Numbered from the stretch's first letter, positions 46,035-56,482 are shown. The stretch is DNA of 64,000 bases from a candidate division FCPU426 bacterium (GCA_040756875.1 JBFLYH010000002.1:831078-895077); one strand, 5' to 3'. Program-made: numbers and translations. Notes: a model not told the origin generated them from the sequence alone.

Positions 46035-46220
46035 CATCCCCTTCGCAGGAAACCCCGGTCTATGGCCGGGAATGAATGTGGATCTTCTGCTGCGGGGATG
46101 TCGCCCCGACCGGATGGATATGGGACTTTCCCTATAGGGACTTCCTCCGGTCGCCGCCTACCCTGCAAGAAGCACAGGGTAGGAATTGGTACCCCGGGCC
46201 CTTCGGCCGGGGAGCTCCAT
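46035..46220 (+). mobile_element. Non-autonomous IS200/IS605 (IS1341-type)-derived miniature element
   Basis: Left-end-like CTTCGCAGGAAACCCCGGTCTATGGCCGGGAATGAATG; right-end-like CCCCGG…CCGGGGAGCTCCA; internal stems; no transposase. Confidence 0.55.
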
Positions 46221-46231
46221 GCGCTCCGGGA

Positions 46232-48745
46232 ATGCTTATGCCAGAAGATTTCACCCAGCTGCCGGTCTATCCGTTCTTGAAAGAATTGGCCGCCACCCTT
46301 GCCGGCCAGGGGCTGTTGTTGCTCGACGCCGAGCCCGGAGCCGGCAAAACGACCCTGGTTCCCTGGAGGCTCCTGGACGAGCCGGCCCTGGGCGGCGGAA
46401 AGATTCTTCTGCTCGAACCCCGGCGGCTGGCGGCCCGCGCAGCTGCGGACAGGATTGCCGGCCTGCTGGGCGAACGCCCGGGCCAAACCGCGGGCCTGCG
46501 CACGCGGTTGGAAACCCTGGTGAGCAGCCGCACGCGCCTGGAGGTTGTAACCGAAGGCGTGTTGACGCGGATGCTGCAGGCTGATCCCGCCCTGGAAGGC
46601 TATTCCACGATCATTTTCGACGAATTCCACACCCGCAGCCTGCACGGCGATCTGGGGCTGGCGTTGGCGTGGGACGCCCGGCGCCTGCTGCGGCCGGATC
46701 TGCGCCTGGCCGTCATGTCCGCCACCCTGCCTGCGGCCGAGCTGCAGGCTGCCTACGGGCCCTGGCCCCTGGTGAAAGTGCCCGGCCGCTGTCACGAAGC
46801 GGAAGTGCGTTACCGGCCGCCGCTCTCCCCCCGGGAAAAGCCCTGGGAAGCGGCGGTCCGTTTGTCGCTGGAAGCTTGGGGGGCCGTCGCGGAGCAGGGC
46901 CAGGGCACGGTCCTTTGTTTCCTGCCCGGGTACCGGGAAATGTTCCGCACCCGCGAGATCCTCAGCCGGCAACGCCCGGACCTCGACCGCCAGGCGCAGC
47001 TGCTGCACGGCCGCATGCCGCCCGAAGCGCAGCGCGCGGTGCTGGACCCCGGCCAGGCAGCTGGCCTTCGCCTCGTCTTCGCCACCAATGTCGCCGAAAC
47101 CAGCCTGACCATTCCGGGCGTGCGCGCCGTGGTGGACATCGGGCTCGAGCGGCGCGTGCGTTTTTCTCCGCGCACGGGCATGGACCACTGGGAAACCGTG
47201 CCCATCAGCCAGGCCTCGGCCGAGCAGCGCAAAGGCCGGGCCGGCCGCCTGGGGCCGGGGATCTGTTTCCGTTGGTGGGACGAAACCGAACGCCGCCCGC
47301 CGTTCGCGCCGCCGGAGATCCAGGAAGCGGACCTTTCGGCCCTGCTGTTGGAAACCGCCGTGTGGGGCGCGGCCGGGCCAGCCGCCTTGACCTGGCTCAC
47401 CCAACCGCCCGAGGCAGCGGTGCAGCAAGCCCGTTCTTTGCTGGGGGCTTTGGGCCTGCTGGACAATCGGGGTGCGGTCACGCCCGCCGGGCGCCGGGCC
47501 GCGGGCCTGGGGCTGCATCCACGGCTCAGCCGGATGGTGCAAGCCGCGGAGGCGCGCGGGTGGTCGGACACGGCCATCGTGCTCGCCGCGCTGCTGGAGA
47601 CCCAGGATCAGGGCCGGGAACCGGAGCCGGACCTGGCGGGCCGTTTGGCGGATTGGAAATCCGGCAAGCAAGGTTCAGCCGGAAAAGCGTTCCGGTTTTT
47701 GGAGGAGGAGATCCGCCGCCTGGAGCGCGCGCTGGGCCGGCAGTCCGGAGATTCAGGCGGGCAGAACGTCGATCCGGATGTAGCGGGCAGAACGCTGCTC
47801 CTGGCTTACCCGGACCGGGCGGCGATGAGAACCAGACAGGATACGCCGAACGCGGCCCGCTATTTGCTGGCTTCGGGACGGGGCGCGCTCGTGGAAGGCC
47901 CGTTGTCCCGCCAGGAGTTCCTGGCCGTGGCCGAATTGGACGGAGGCGAGCAGGACGCCAGAATTTTTTTAGCGGCGGCCGTTACCCGTCAGGACCTGGA
48001 ATCCGGATTAGCGGGAAACCCGGTCGAGCGCAGGCAATTTAAATGGGAGGGATGGACCCCTGTGGCCAGCCTGGAAACCACGCTGGGTGCGATTGTGCTT
48101 CGCCGCCGCGTCGAGCCGCAGCCAGACCCGGCGGCAATCCAAGCCGGCGCCCGGGAGCGTCTGCGCCAGGCCGGCTTGCAGGCGCTGCCGTGGAATGCGC
48201 ATTCCCGGCGCTGGCTGGCCCGCTGCCGCTTCGTGGAACGCTGGGGACAGGCAGGGACCTGGCCCGCCTTTTCCGATGCAGCGCTGCTCGAGCAGGCCGA
48301 GGCGTGGCTCTGGCCGTTCGGACAGTGGTCCGGAGGCCGGGTTTGGGACGAGCACGCGTTGTTGTCCGCGCTGGAACACCGCCTGGGCTGGGAACGGCGC
48401 CGGCAATTGGATCAGCTGGCGCCCGAATCCTGGACCCTGCCTTCAGGCAGCCGCAAGCGGCTGGGTTACGAAACCCAGGAAGTGCCCGTGCTGTCCGGCC
48501 GCCTGCAGGAATTCTTCGGCACCCGGGAAACGCCCCGGTTGTGCGGCCAGGCTTTGATGCTGGATCTGCTCAGCCCGGCCAACCGGACCGTGCAACTGAC
48601 CCGCGACCTGGACGGGTTTTGGGACCGGGCGTATCCGGAAGTCCGCAAGGAACTGCGAGGGCGTTATCCGCGCCATCCCTGGCCCGAGGACCCGCGCGCC
48701 GCCCAAGCCACGGCCAGAACGAAAAAATCCCGGAGGGTGTCATGA
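46232..48745 (+). CDS. hrpB: ATP-dependent helicase HrpB
   Basis: AEPGAGKTT; LEPRRLAARA; DEFH; MSATL; ATNVAETSLTI; QRKGRAGR; LLSPANRTVQLTRDL…YPRHPWP; start 46232 or 46238. Confidence 0.95.
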   Translation: MLMPEDFTQLPVYPFLKELAATLAGQGLLLLDAEPGAGKTTLVPWRLLDEPALGGGKILLLEPRRLAARAAADRIAGLLGERPGQTAGLRTRLETLVSSRTRLEVVTEGVLTRMLQADPALEGYSTIIFDEFHTRSLHGDLGLALAWDARRLLRPDLRLAVMSATLPAAELQAAYGPWPLVKVPGRCHEAEVRYRPPLSPREKPWEAAVRLSLEAWGAVAEQGQGTVLCFLPGYREMFRTREILSRQRPDLDRQAQLLHGRMPPEAQRAVLDPGQAAGLRLVFATNVAETSLTIPGVRAVVDIGLERRVRFSPRTGMDHWETVPISQASAEQRKGRAGRLGPGICFRWWDETERRPPFAPPEIQEADLSALLLETAVWGAAGPAALTWLTQPPEAAVQQARSLLGALGLLDNRGAVTPAGRRAAGLGLHPRLSRMVQAAEARGWSDTAIVLAALLETQDQGREPEPDLAGRLADWKSGKQGSAGKAFRFLEEEIRRLERALGRQSGDSGGQNVDPDVAGRTLLLAYPDRAAMRTRQDTPNAARYLLASGRGALVEGPLSRQEFLAVAELDGGEQDARIFLAAAVTRQDLESGLAGNPVERRQFKWEGWTPVASLETTLGAIVLRRRVEPQPDPAAIQAGARERLRQAGLQALPWNAHSRRWLARCRFVERWGQAGTWPAFSDAALLEQAEAWLWPFGQWSGGRVWDEHALLSALEHRLGWERRRQLDQLAPESWTLPSGSRKRLGYETQEVPVLSGRLQEFFGTRETPRLCGQALMLDLLSPANRTVQLTRDLDGFWDRAYPEVRKELRGRYPRHPWPEDPRAAQATARTKKSRRVS

Positions 48746-49707
48746 GCCGAGACCTCAGCCTGTATTACGGCCAGGCCCTGGGGCAATATGGCTTTGGGCC
48801 CGGGCACCCCTTCAACCTGCGGAGGCAGGAGATTTTTTGGGAGGCCTTCAGGCTGCGGAGCTGGAGCGCGCAGTTCGAAATACGCGAACCCGTGACCGCC
48901 GGCCAGGAAGTGTTGGAACGCTTTCACACCGCGGACTACGTGGAACAGGTGAAGCGCGCGTCCGCAACCGGCGGAGGATTCCTGGACTGGGGCGACACGC
49001 CCGCCTATGCGGGCGTGTATGAAGCCGCGGCCGCCGTGGCAGGCAGCACGGTGGATGCGGCCGAACGCATCCTGGCCGGCGAATGCCGCAAGGCGTTCAT
49101 CCCCATTGCCGGCCTTCACCATGCGCGCCGGGACCGCGCGGCCGGTTTCTGCGTGTTCAATGACTGCGGCGTGGCGATCGAGACACTGCTCCGGCTGCAC
49201 GGTCTGGAGCGGATCGGGTACGTGGACATCGATGCCCACCACGGCGACGGCGTGTATTACGGGTTCGAAGCGGACCCGCGCGTGGTGATGGCGGACATTC
49301 ACGAGGACGGGCGGTCGCTTTATCCGGGCACCGGCCACGCGGCCGAGCAGGGGAGCGGCCAGGCGCTGGGCACCAAACTCAACCTGCCCCTGCCGCCGGG
49401 CGCGGGGGACCGCTCCTTTTTCGCGGCCTGGGAAAAAGTCCTGGCTTTTTTACGGGAGCGGCGGCCGGAATTCATCCTGTTGCAGTGCGGGGCCGACGGG
49501 TTGGAGGGTGATCCGCTGACGCATCTCAAATACTCGCCGCAGGTGCATGCGCGCGCCACCGCCGATCTCTGCCGTCTGGCCGAAGAGCTGGGGCACGGCC
49601 GGGTCCTGGCCATGGGCGGCGGAGGCTATCTGCCCGAAAACCTCGCGGCAGCCTGGGTGGAAACAGCGGACGCCCTGCGTCAGGCCGGGAAAAAATCCCG
49701 GCCGTGA
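48742..49707 (+). CDS. acuC: Acetoin utilization AcuC / histone-deacetylase-family protein
   Basis: GLHHA…GFCVFND; YVDIDAHHGDG; YPGTG; QCGADGLEGDPL; MGGGGY. Confidence 0.9.
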   Translation: MSRDLSLYYGQALGQYGFGPGHPFNLRRQEIFWEAFRLRSWSAQFEIREPVTAGQEVLERFHTADYVEQVKRASATGGGFLDWGDTPAYAGVYEAAAAVAGSTVDAAERILAGECRKAFIPIAGLHHARRDRAAGFCVFNDCGVAIETLLRLHGLERIGYVDIDAHHGDGVYYGFEADPRVVMADIHEDGRSLYPGTGHAAEQGSGQALGTKLNLPLPPGAGDRSFFAAWEKVLAFLRERRPEFILLQCGADGLEGDPLTHLKYSPQVHARATADLCRLAEELGHGRVLAMGGGGYLPENLAAAWVETADALRQAGKKSRP

Positions 49708-50258
49708 AGGCGCAAATCGCGGGCGCAATCCTGCTTCTGGCGCTGCTGGGCGCGGGCTGCCATCCGAGGCTTGAGAGCCGGCCCGAGGTCAAGGTCATCA
49801 CCCACGCGGACCTGGGCGTTCGCTTTACCGCCGCGGCCCGGGAGAAGGAAACCGGAAGCTTTCTGGTGCTGCTCAACCAATACCGCAAGCAGCAGGGCCT
49901 GGGCCCGCTGGCCGCGGACCGCACGCTGCAGCAGGCGGCCCAGTGGCTGAGCGAGGACATGGCAGCGCATGATCAGGTCGGGCACATCGATTCCCGCCGC
50001 CGAGACCCTTTCCGGCGCCTGGAGGATTTCGGCTACGACCTCAACACCTACAAAGCCGAGAACGTGGCTGCCGGGCAGGCCACGGCCGCGGAGGTCCTGA
50101 AATCATGGCGGGATTCGCCCGCGCATAACGCCAATCTGCTCAATCCCCATCTGAAATTCATCGGCATCGGGTTCACGTACCGTCGGAAATCCAGATTTGG
50201 CTGGTATTGGGCGACAACCTTCGGCGGGGAAGCGGGCCGCGGCCCGAAAAAGCGCTAA
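49704..50258 (+). CDS. CAP/SCP-domain lipoprotein
   Basis: Lipobox LGAG-C; LNQYRKQQGL; AENVAAG; WRDSPAHNANLL; YWATTFG. Confidence 0.9.
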   Translation: MKAQIAGAILLLALLGAGCHPRLESRPEVKVITHADLGVRFTAAAREKETGSFLVLLNQYRKQQGLGPLAADRTLQQAAQWLSEDMAAHDQVGHIDSRRRDPFRRLEDFGYDLNTYKAENVAAGQATAAEVLKSWRDSPAHNANLLNPHLKFIGIGFTYRRKSRFGWYWATTFGGEAGRGPKKR

Positions 50259-50274
50259 AGCGCCGCGGACCAGG

Positions 50275-50829
50275 TCAATCTTCACGCACGAGGTAAAGAC
50301 GGTTGTCCTCGACGCGGTACAGCAGGGGCGCGACCACGATGCGGGGATAGCGCTGGCGCAGGCGCTTGGTTTCGGTGAGCACAAAATCGATTTCGTCGCC
50401 GATCTCGAACATGGGGGCGAAGTTCATGAAGTGGGTCTCGGCCCATTCCCGCTCCCATCCGCCGTGGGCCACCAGCCCGTCCACGAATTCCTGGCGCCGG
50501 CCCATGAGGTTGCGCATGTTGCACTGGGTGTGGCTGATGAGGGCGATGGCCCGGACACGGCCGATGGCCACGGCGTAAGACACCTTGAACTCGCTGTAGC
50601 GCAGATTGCCGCCGCCCGTGCGCAGAATGTAGGCGAAGTTGTCCGGAAGGCGGAGCGTCTTGCGGTTGTCCATGCACATGCCGATAAGGAGCTCGGCCTG
50701 CTGGTATTCGTCCAGCGGCCGGTTGAGGTTGTGGTATTCGAGCAGACGGCCGATGGGCGTGTCCCGGTAAACGGGAACGATCGCTTCGGGCGTGGCGACG
50801 TCGATAAGGCGCCGCATGGGCTCAATCAT
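50275..50829 (-). CDS. Beta-class carbonic anhydrase-like protein
   Basis: CMDNR, RTGGGN and HTQC zinc-ligand motifs. Confidence 0.88.
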   Translation of the reverse strand: MIEPMRRLIDVATPEAIVPVYRDTPIGRLLEYHNLNRPLDEYQQAELLIGMCMDNRKTLRLPDNFAYILRTGGGNLRYSEFKVSYAVAIGRVRAIALISHTQCNMRNLMGRRQEFVDGLVAHGGWEREWAETHFMNFAPMFEIGDEIDFVLTETKRLRQRYPRIVVAPLLYRVEDNRLYLVRED

Positions 50830-51097
50830 CCTGGGAAGGCTCGCCGCCGCTGCGGCGCGCCTGTTCGATCAGTTCAATCAGGGTCAGCATTTTCGGTGGG
50901 GAGGGACGGGTGAGGCGGGCCAGCTCCGCCTCGCCGAATTCCGCGCGGATATACTCCTCGATGGGCAGGCGCTCGAACCAGCAGTTCAGGATCTGGCGGC
51001 ACAGCTGACTCAGGCCCTGGGAGCGGCAATAGCTGAACGCCACCGTATGCCCCAGCAGCCGGCAATAAGCTGTGAGCGAATCGTGCGCTTCGCGCAT
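50822..51097 (-). CDS. Small Cys-containing hypothetical protein
   Basis: YCRLLGHTVAFSYCR…CRQILNCW; GGAGG RBS; overlaps the carbonic anhydrase start. Confidence 0.7.
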   Translation of the reverse strand: MREAHDSLTAYCRLLGHTVAFSYCRSQGLSQLCRQILNCWFERLPIEEYIRAEFGEAELARLTRPSPPKMLTLIELIEQARRSGGEPSQDD

Positions 51098-51122
51098 AAG
51101 GCCTACACCCCTCCGACGTGCT

Positions 51123-52514
51123 TCACCACTTGCCCGTTTTAGCTGAACTGGCTTTGGGCAAAGACGCCAAGGGTTTGAGCGATTTCTGAAGCTCCTCTTC
51201 AGGCAGGCTGTAGTTGGTCAGCTTGCCGGAGAGATAGGCGTCGTAACCCGAAAGATCCATCAGGCCGTGCCCGCTCCAGTTGAAGAGAATGACCTTTTCC
51301 TTGCCTTCCTCTTTGGCCTTGCGGGCTTCGGAAATGGCGCAGGCAATGGCATGGCTGGTTTCCGGCGCCGGAATGAAGCCCTCGGTCCGGGCCCAGGTGA
51401 CCGCGGCCTCGTAGCATTCGAGCTGGTTGAACGCGCGGGGCGTGACCAGGCCCTCGACCACGGTCTGACTGACCAGGGGCGCCATGCCGTGGTAGCGCAA
51501 GCCGCCGGCGTGGATGGGCGCGGGCACGAAGGAGTGCCCCAGCGTGTGCATGGGCAGCAGAGGCGTCATTTGGGCCACGTCGCCGAAATCGTAGGTAAAC
51601 TGGCCTCGGGTCATGCTTGGGCAGGAGGTGGGCTCCACGGCGTAGATGGCGATGTCCTGGCCGTGGATCTTGTCGCTCACAAAGGGGAAGGCCAGGCCGG
51701 CGAAATTGCTGCCGCCCCCCGCGCAGCCGATGACCACGTCCGGTTTTTTCTCCCCGGCTTTCTTGAGCTGCTTCTGGGCCTCCATGCCGATGATGGTCTG
51801 GTGCAGGAGCACGTGGTTGAGCACGCTGCCCAGAGCGTAGCGGGTCTGGCCCGAACTGTCGGTGACCGCGGCCTCGACGGCCTCGCTGATGGCGATGCCC
51901 AGGCTGCCCGGCGTGTCCGGCATCTTCTGCAGGATGCCGCGCCCGGCTTTGGTTTCGTTGCTGGGGCTGGCCACGCAGGTGGCGCCCCAGGTCTGCATCA
52001 TGATTTTCCTGAACGGTTTATGGTCGAAGCTGATCCGCACCATGTACACCTTGCACTCCAGGCCGAGCAGGCTGCAGGCCATGGCCAGGGCGCTGCCCCA
52101 TTGGCCGGCGCCGGTCTCGGTGGTCAGGCGCTTGATGCCGAACTGCTTGTTGTACCAGGCCTGCGCCACGGCCGTGTTGGGCTTGTGGCTGCCGGCCGGG
52201 CTCACGCCCTCGTTTTTGAAATAAATCCGCGCCGGCGTGCCCAGCAGCTTTTCCAGGCGCGTGGCGCGGTACAGAGGGGAAGGCCTCCACATATACAGGA
52301 GATCCAGGACCTCGGGCGGAATATCGATCCAGCGTTTGGTGCTGACTTCCTGTTCGATCAGGTTCATGGGAAAGACCGGCGCCAATTTATCCGGGGAGAC
52401 CGGCGCGCCGTCCGGACCCAGGGGCGGCTGCAGGGGCGTGGGCAGATCAGCGGCGAGGTTGTACCATTGTTTGGGGATTTCATCTTCGGAAAGGAGAATT
52501 TTGACCGGGGGCAT
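51123..52514 (-). CDS. trpB: TrpB-like PLP enzyme (TrpB2)
   Basis: [53 protein letters not shown] before ATG 52514. Confidence 0.93.
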   Translation of the reverse strand: MPPVKILLSEDEIPKQWYNLAADLPTPLQPPLGPDGAPVSPDKLAPVFPMNLIEQEVSTKRWIDIPPEVLDLLYMWRPSPLYRATRLEKLLGTPARIYFKNEGVSPAGSHKPNTAVAQAWYNKQFGIKRLTTETGAGQWGSALAMACSLLGLECKVYMVRISFDHKPFRKIMMQTWGATCVASPSNETKAGRGILQKMPDTPGSLGIAISEAVEAAVTDSSGQTRYALGSVLNHVLLHQTIIGMEAQKQLKKAGEKKPDVVIGCAGGGSNFAGLAFPFVSDKIHGQDIAIYAVEPTSCPSMTRGQFTYDFGDVAQMTPLLPMHTLGHSFVPAPIHAGGLRYHGMAPLVSQTVVEGLVTPRAFNQLECYEAAVTWARTEGFIPAPETSHAIACAISEARKAKEEGKEKVILFNWSGHGLMDLSGYDAYLSGKLTNYSLPEEELQKSLKPLASLPKASSAKTGKW

Positions 52515-52710
52515 GCGACCTCCTGGGAATCGGCCAGAGGACAGCCGGACGTTGGGAATCATCATAAACCACGCCCAGCCAAAAGAAAATCGCAAAATGC
52601 AGGAAACCGGCAGAGCGAAGTTTCTGCCTCGGGCAACGGCTGACAGCAACGGGGCCGGTCGGTTTTGCGCTAGCCGGGCCTGGCCAAACCCAGTATAATC
52701 GGGACTTGCC

Positions 52711-53907
52711 ATGAAAGTGCTCTACCTTTCCACCATCGTGCCGTATCCCCTGGACGACGGAGACCGCCAGCGTTGTTACCACCTGCTGGAGGCCGTGGCC
52801 GCCAAACATCAGGTGCATTTGCTGAGTTTCGTGCGCAGTCCCGAGGAAGCCGCGCACCTGAAATCTTTGGACCGACTCTGCGCCTCCACGCAAGGGGTGC
52901 CCATCAACCGGGCGCGGGTCTATGCCAACAGCCTGGCCGCCTGGTTGGGGCCCAGCTCCCTGAACGTGTCCTCCTTTCAAACCACGGTCATGGCCGAGGC
53001 CGTAAAACAGGCCGTGGCCAGGCACCGGATCGAGGTTTTGCACGCCTACCGCCTGCGCATGGCTCCGTACGCGCTGGCCGCGCAGGTCCGCTGGCGCGTG
53101 CTGGACTATACGGATTCCCTGGCCAGGCAGTTTGCCAACCGGCTGGAAGAACACCCTGCGGCCTGGCAGCGCTGGTATTGGAGCCGCGAAGCCGAAAAAT
53201 TAGCGTCGTATGAAACCGAAGTGTCACGCCGCTTCGACGCGGCCTTTATCTCTTCCTCCGCGGACCGGGATTATTTGCAGGCCCTGGGCGCCGGGCCGAT
53301 CACGGAAGTGACCAACGGCGTGGACACGCGCGTCATCAAGCCGGCCAAGCGTCTGCCCCAGGAGCCGCGGCTGCTTTTCGTGGGCAACCTGGAATATCCG
53401 CCCAACCATTGGGGAGTGAAGGATTTTTGCCGCCGCACGTGGCCCTTGATCCGCAGCCAGGAGCCCCGCGCGCAATTGACGGTGATCGGCCGCAGGCCCC
53501 GCGATTTCAGCCGGGAGGCGGCTTACCGTCAGCCGGGCCTGGAATTCCTGGGCGTGGTGCCTGATTTAGGGCCGCACTACCGGTCCAGCCGGCTGGCGAT
53601 TTGCCCGGTGAACGTGGCCTCGGGCCGGCAGTTCAAGGTGCTGGAATATTTCGCGGCCGGCTTGCCGACCGTAACCACCCGGCGCGTGGCGGACAATGCC
53701 CAGGCCCGGCCTGGCCGCGAATGCCTGGCCGCGGATGCGCCCGGCGATTTCGCCCGGGAGGTGATCCGCCTGCTGAAGGACGACAAGCTTGCGGACCGGT
53801 TGCGGACTTCGGCCCGCGCCTTGGTCCTGAAAAAATATGACTGGCGCCTTGCGGCTGCCAAGCTGCTGGCGGTCTACCGCGCGCTTCCTGGAGGGCGGGC
53901 ATGTTGA
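52711..53907 (+). CDS. GT4-family glycosyltransferase
   Basis: [40 protein letters not shown]. Confidence 0.88.
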   Translation: MKVLYLSTIVPYPLDDGDRQRCYHLLEAVAAKHQVHLLSFVRSPEEAAHLKSLDRLCASTQGVPINRARVYANSLAAWLGPSSLNVSSFQTTVMAEAVKQAVARHRIEVLHAYRLRMAPYALAAQVRWRVLDYTDSLARQFANRLEEHPAAWQRWYWSREAEKLASYETEVSRRFDAAFISSSADRDYLQALGAGPITEVTNGVDTRVIKPAKRLPQEPRLLFVGNLEYPPNHWGVKDFCRRTWPLIRSQEPRAQLTVIGRRPRDFSREAAYRQPGLEFLGVVPDLGPHYRSSRLAICPVNVASGRQFKVLEYFAAGLPTVTTRRVADNAQARPGRECLAADAPGDFAREVIRLLKDDKLADRLRTSARALVLKKYDWRLAAAKLLAVYRALPGGRAC

Positions 53908-54956
53908 TCAGTTTCGGCGTTTTTTTATTGGCCCTGGCCGCAAGCCTGGCGCTTACGCCCCTGGCCGCCTGCCTGGCCAGGCAGTGGGGCTGGCTCGACC
54001 ATCCGGATCAGAAGCTCAAGAAGCACGTCCAGCCCGTGCCCTATGGCGGCGGGGTGGCGGTGTTTGTCTCCTTCCTGTTGGCCCTGGTCGCCTTTAAATT
54101 TTGGGAAGGCAGCACCCTGGTGGGTGTGGTCGGCGTGACCGCGGGCACCAGCCTGATCGTGCTGCTGGGGCTGGTGGACGACCGCTTCCAGCTTTCGCCG
54201 GCGGTCAAGTTCGCCGGGCAAACCCTGGCCGCGCTCACGCTGTACGCCTGCAACATGCGGCTGCAGTTCATCGAACCGCCGCTGCTCTCGCTGCTGCTGA
54301 GCCTGCTGTGGGTGGTGGGCGTGACCAACGCTTTGAACCTCATCGACATCATGGACGGCCTGGCCGCGGGCACGGCGGCGATTGCCGCCGCCGTGTTTTT
54401 CATGATCGCGGCCCAGAACGGCCGCTACAATGACATGTACATCCTGGCTGCGCTGGGCGGCGCCGCGCTCGGCTTTTTGCCCTATAATTTCCCGCGGGCG
54501 CGCGTGTACCTGGGCGATACAGGCGCACTCATGCTCGGCTTCGTATTGAGCTCGATCGCCATGGGCGAAGCCTACACCCGCGTCAACCCCCTGGCCGTGC
54601 TCACGCCGCTTCTGATCCTGGGCGTGCCCATTTTCGACACTCTGTTTATCATGTTTTTGCGCCACCGGCGCGGGGTCTCCATGTTCCGGGGCAGTCCGGA
54701 CCATCTGGCTCTGCGCATGGTGAAAACCGGGCTGACGCGGCAACAGACCGTGCTGCTGCTGTGGGGGGCGAGCCTGGCGCTGGGCGGCCTGGCTTATGCC
54801 GGCATGCGCCTGCCGCTGACCTGGTCCCTGTTCCTGTATTTAGGCGTGGCCGCGGCCGCCTTGTTCATCGCCGAACGCATGGGGAGTTTTTCCATGGAGT
54901 CCCACGCCCCGTCCCGTGAAAGCAAAAAGGCCGGCCACAAGGAGAAAAAGGCATGA
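53901..54956 (+). CDS. MraY/WecA-family undecaprenyl-phosphate sugar-1-phosphate transferase
   Basis: PYGGG; GLVDD; NALNLIDIMDGL; YNFPRARVYLGDTG; PIFDT. Confidence 0.92.
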   Translation: MLISFGVFLLALAASLALTPLAACLARQWGWLDHPDQKLKKHVQPVPYGGGVAVFVSFLLALVAFKFWEGSTLVGVVGVTAGTSLIVLLGLVDDRFQLSPAVKFAGQTLAALTLYACNMRLQFIEPPLLSLLLSLLWVVGVTNALNLIDIMDGLAAGTAAIAAAVFFMIAAQNGRYNDMYILAALGGAALGFLPYNFPRARVYLGDTGALMLGFVLSSIAMGEAYTRVNPLAVLTPLLILGVPIFDTLFIMFLRHRRGVSMFRGSPDHLALRMVKTGLTRQQTVLLLWGASLALGGLAYAGMRLPLTWSLFLYLGVAAAALFIAERMGSFSMESHAPSRESKKAGHKEKKA

Positions 54957-56260
54957 ACAGGCAGGCGGCAGGCGGGGGAACGGTGGTGCTGGGCGCCGGG
55001 CTGGCCGGCTTGTCCGCGGCCCATCACCTGGGCCGCAGCTGCCGGGTGTTTGAAGCCGCCGGCCGGCCGGGCGGCTTGTGCGCCACGGACCATGTCCAAG
55101 GCTACGACTTTGACCTGGCCGGACACCTGCTGCACCTGCGCGAGCGCTCCAGCCGGGAATTCGTCGAGCGCCTTCTGCCCGGACGCTGGCAGCACATCCG
55201 GCGCGACGCCAGGATCCATGTGCTGGACCGGGAAGTGCGGTATCCCATCCAGGCCAATGCGTTCGGATTGCCGGCCGACGTGAAAGCCCGGGTGCTGCAA
55301 ACCTATCTTGAGGCCAGAACCCGGCGCGGCCCGGCGCCGGAGAATTTCGCGGAGTGGGCCAGGCAGACCTTTGGATCCGCCCTGGCGGAACTGTTTTTTG
55401 AGCCTTACAACCGCAAGCTTTGGACGGTTCCTCCCCGCGAATTGATGCTGACCTGGATGGGCGCTTATGTGCCCGCGCCCGAGCCGGCGCGCGTGATCCG
55501 CGGCGCCTTCGCGGACATTCCCGAAGGCGGAGGGTACAATGCCCGCTTTTGGTATCCACGGAAAGGCGGCATCGGCGCGCTGCCCCAGGCTTTGGCCAGG
55601 CACGTGCCCGAACTCCGGCTGAACGCCCCGGCCCGCAAAGTGGACTGGCGCCGCCGCCGCGTGGAGATCGCGGGTTTGGGCTGGGTGCCCTGGCAGCGCC
55701 TGGTTTCCACCCTGCCTTTGCCCGCACTGGCGGCCCGCTGCCTTTCCCTGCCCGAAGCCGTCCGGCGCGCCGCCGGAAAGCTGCGGGCCAACTCCGTCCT
55801 CGTGGTCAATCTCGGCGTGCGCCGGGCCCGCCTGCACCCGGCCCACTGGGTCTATTTTCCCGAGAAGCGGTTCTGCTTCTACCGCGTCGGGTTTCCCTCG
55901 AATTACGGGCGCCTGGCGCCCAAGGGCCGCAGCACGCTCTATGCCGAGGTGGCCGTGCCCGCGGGCACGGGGTGGGAGCGCAGGCACCAGGTGGCGCGCC
56001 GCGTGCGGCAGGACCTGGTGCAAGCCGGCATCCTGCGGAACACGGACACCGTGGAAATCGAGCATATGCAATACCTGCGCCACGCCTACGTGATTTACGA
56101 CGAAGCGCACGCCCACGCGCGGAAACAGGTGCTGGATTTTTTCAGGAAGCAGGGGATTTGGAGCATCGGGCGCTGGGGGAACTGGGAATACTCGGCCATG
56201 GAAGACGCGCTGGCGGCCGGCAAACGGGCGGCCGAGGACATCCAGGGGGATTTGGAATAA
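54953..56260 (+). CDS. FAD-dependent oxidoreductase (protoporphyrinogen-oxidase/UDP-galactopyranose-mutase-like)
   Basis: GAGLAGLSAA; GGLC…FDLAGH; PYNRKLW; FWYPRKGG; GRWGNWEY. Confidence 0.85.
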   Translation: MNRQAAGGGTVVLGAGLAGLSAAHHLGRSCRVFEAAGRPGGLCATDHVQGYDFDLAGHLLHLRERSSREFVERLLPGRWQHIRRDARIHVLDREVRYPIQANAFGLPADVKARVLQTYLEARTRRGPAPENFAEWARQTFGSALAELFFEPYNRKLWTVPPRELMLTWMGAYVPAPEPARVIRGAFADIPEGGGYNARFWYPRKGGIGALPQALARHVPELRLNAPARKVDWRRRRVEIAGLGWVPWQRLVSTLPLPALAARCLSLPEAVRRAAGKLRANSVLVVNLGVRRARLHPAHWVYFPEKRFCFYRVGFPSNYGRLAPKGRSTLYAEVAVPAGTGWERRHQVARRVRQDLVQAGILRNTDTVEIEHMQYLRHAYVIYDEAHAHARKQVLDFFRKQGIWSIGRWGNWEYSAMEDALAAGKRAAEDIQGDLE

Positions 56261-56400
56261 AAAAGTGACGCCCGCTACGCTTTCGGCCTGAAACCTCAGG
56301 CTAGTTGGGCGTCACATGAATTGGTTCTGCTTGGCGTCTTGGCCGCCGTTCGGCCTCGGGCCTGTTCTGGGAGGTTGTGCCCAATGCAGAACCAACCCTA
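56259..56400 (-). ncRNA. Candidate orphan small RNA (~140 nt)
   Basis: Own promoter (56406-56434); 10-bp inverted repeat 56321-56330/56386-56395; closing 9-bp stem GTGACGCCC/GGGCGTCAC followed by T6. Confidence 0.6.
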
Positions 56401-56405
56401 AAGAC

Positions 56406-56434
56406 AGTATACCACGCGGCCGGCGCAAAAGCAA
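56406..56434 (-). promoter_or_regulatory. sigma70-type promoter of the candidate sRNA
   Basis: Minus strand TTGCTT-17 bp-TATACT with TG extended -10. Confidence 0.6.
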
Positions 56435-56482
56435 AACAATCGCCGGACGAACAGCCGCGGGAACACAGACAACGAGGCCGAA

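Noticed and set aside
46076-46231. N-terminal extension of hrpB
   Set aside because: Falls in the structured mini-element; HrpB similarity begins near 46238
48043-48741. N-terminal extension of acuC
   Set aside because: Out-of-frame overlap with hrpB; ATG 48742 has an RBS and an ATGA overlap
52515-52712. N-terminal extension of trpB2
   Set aside because: Covers the divergent promoter region; AGGAGG precedes ATG 52514
56279-56300. Hammerhead-like CTGA…CGAAA on the minus strand
   Set aside because: Core is CTGAGG, not CUGANGA, and it is base-paired in a stem
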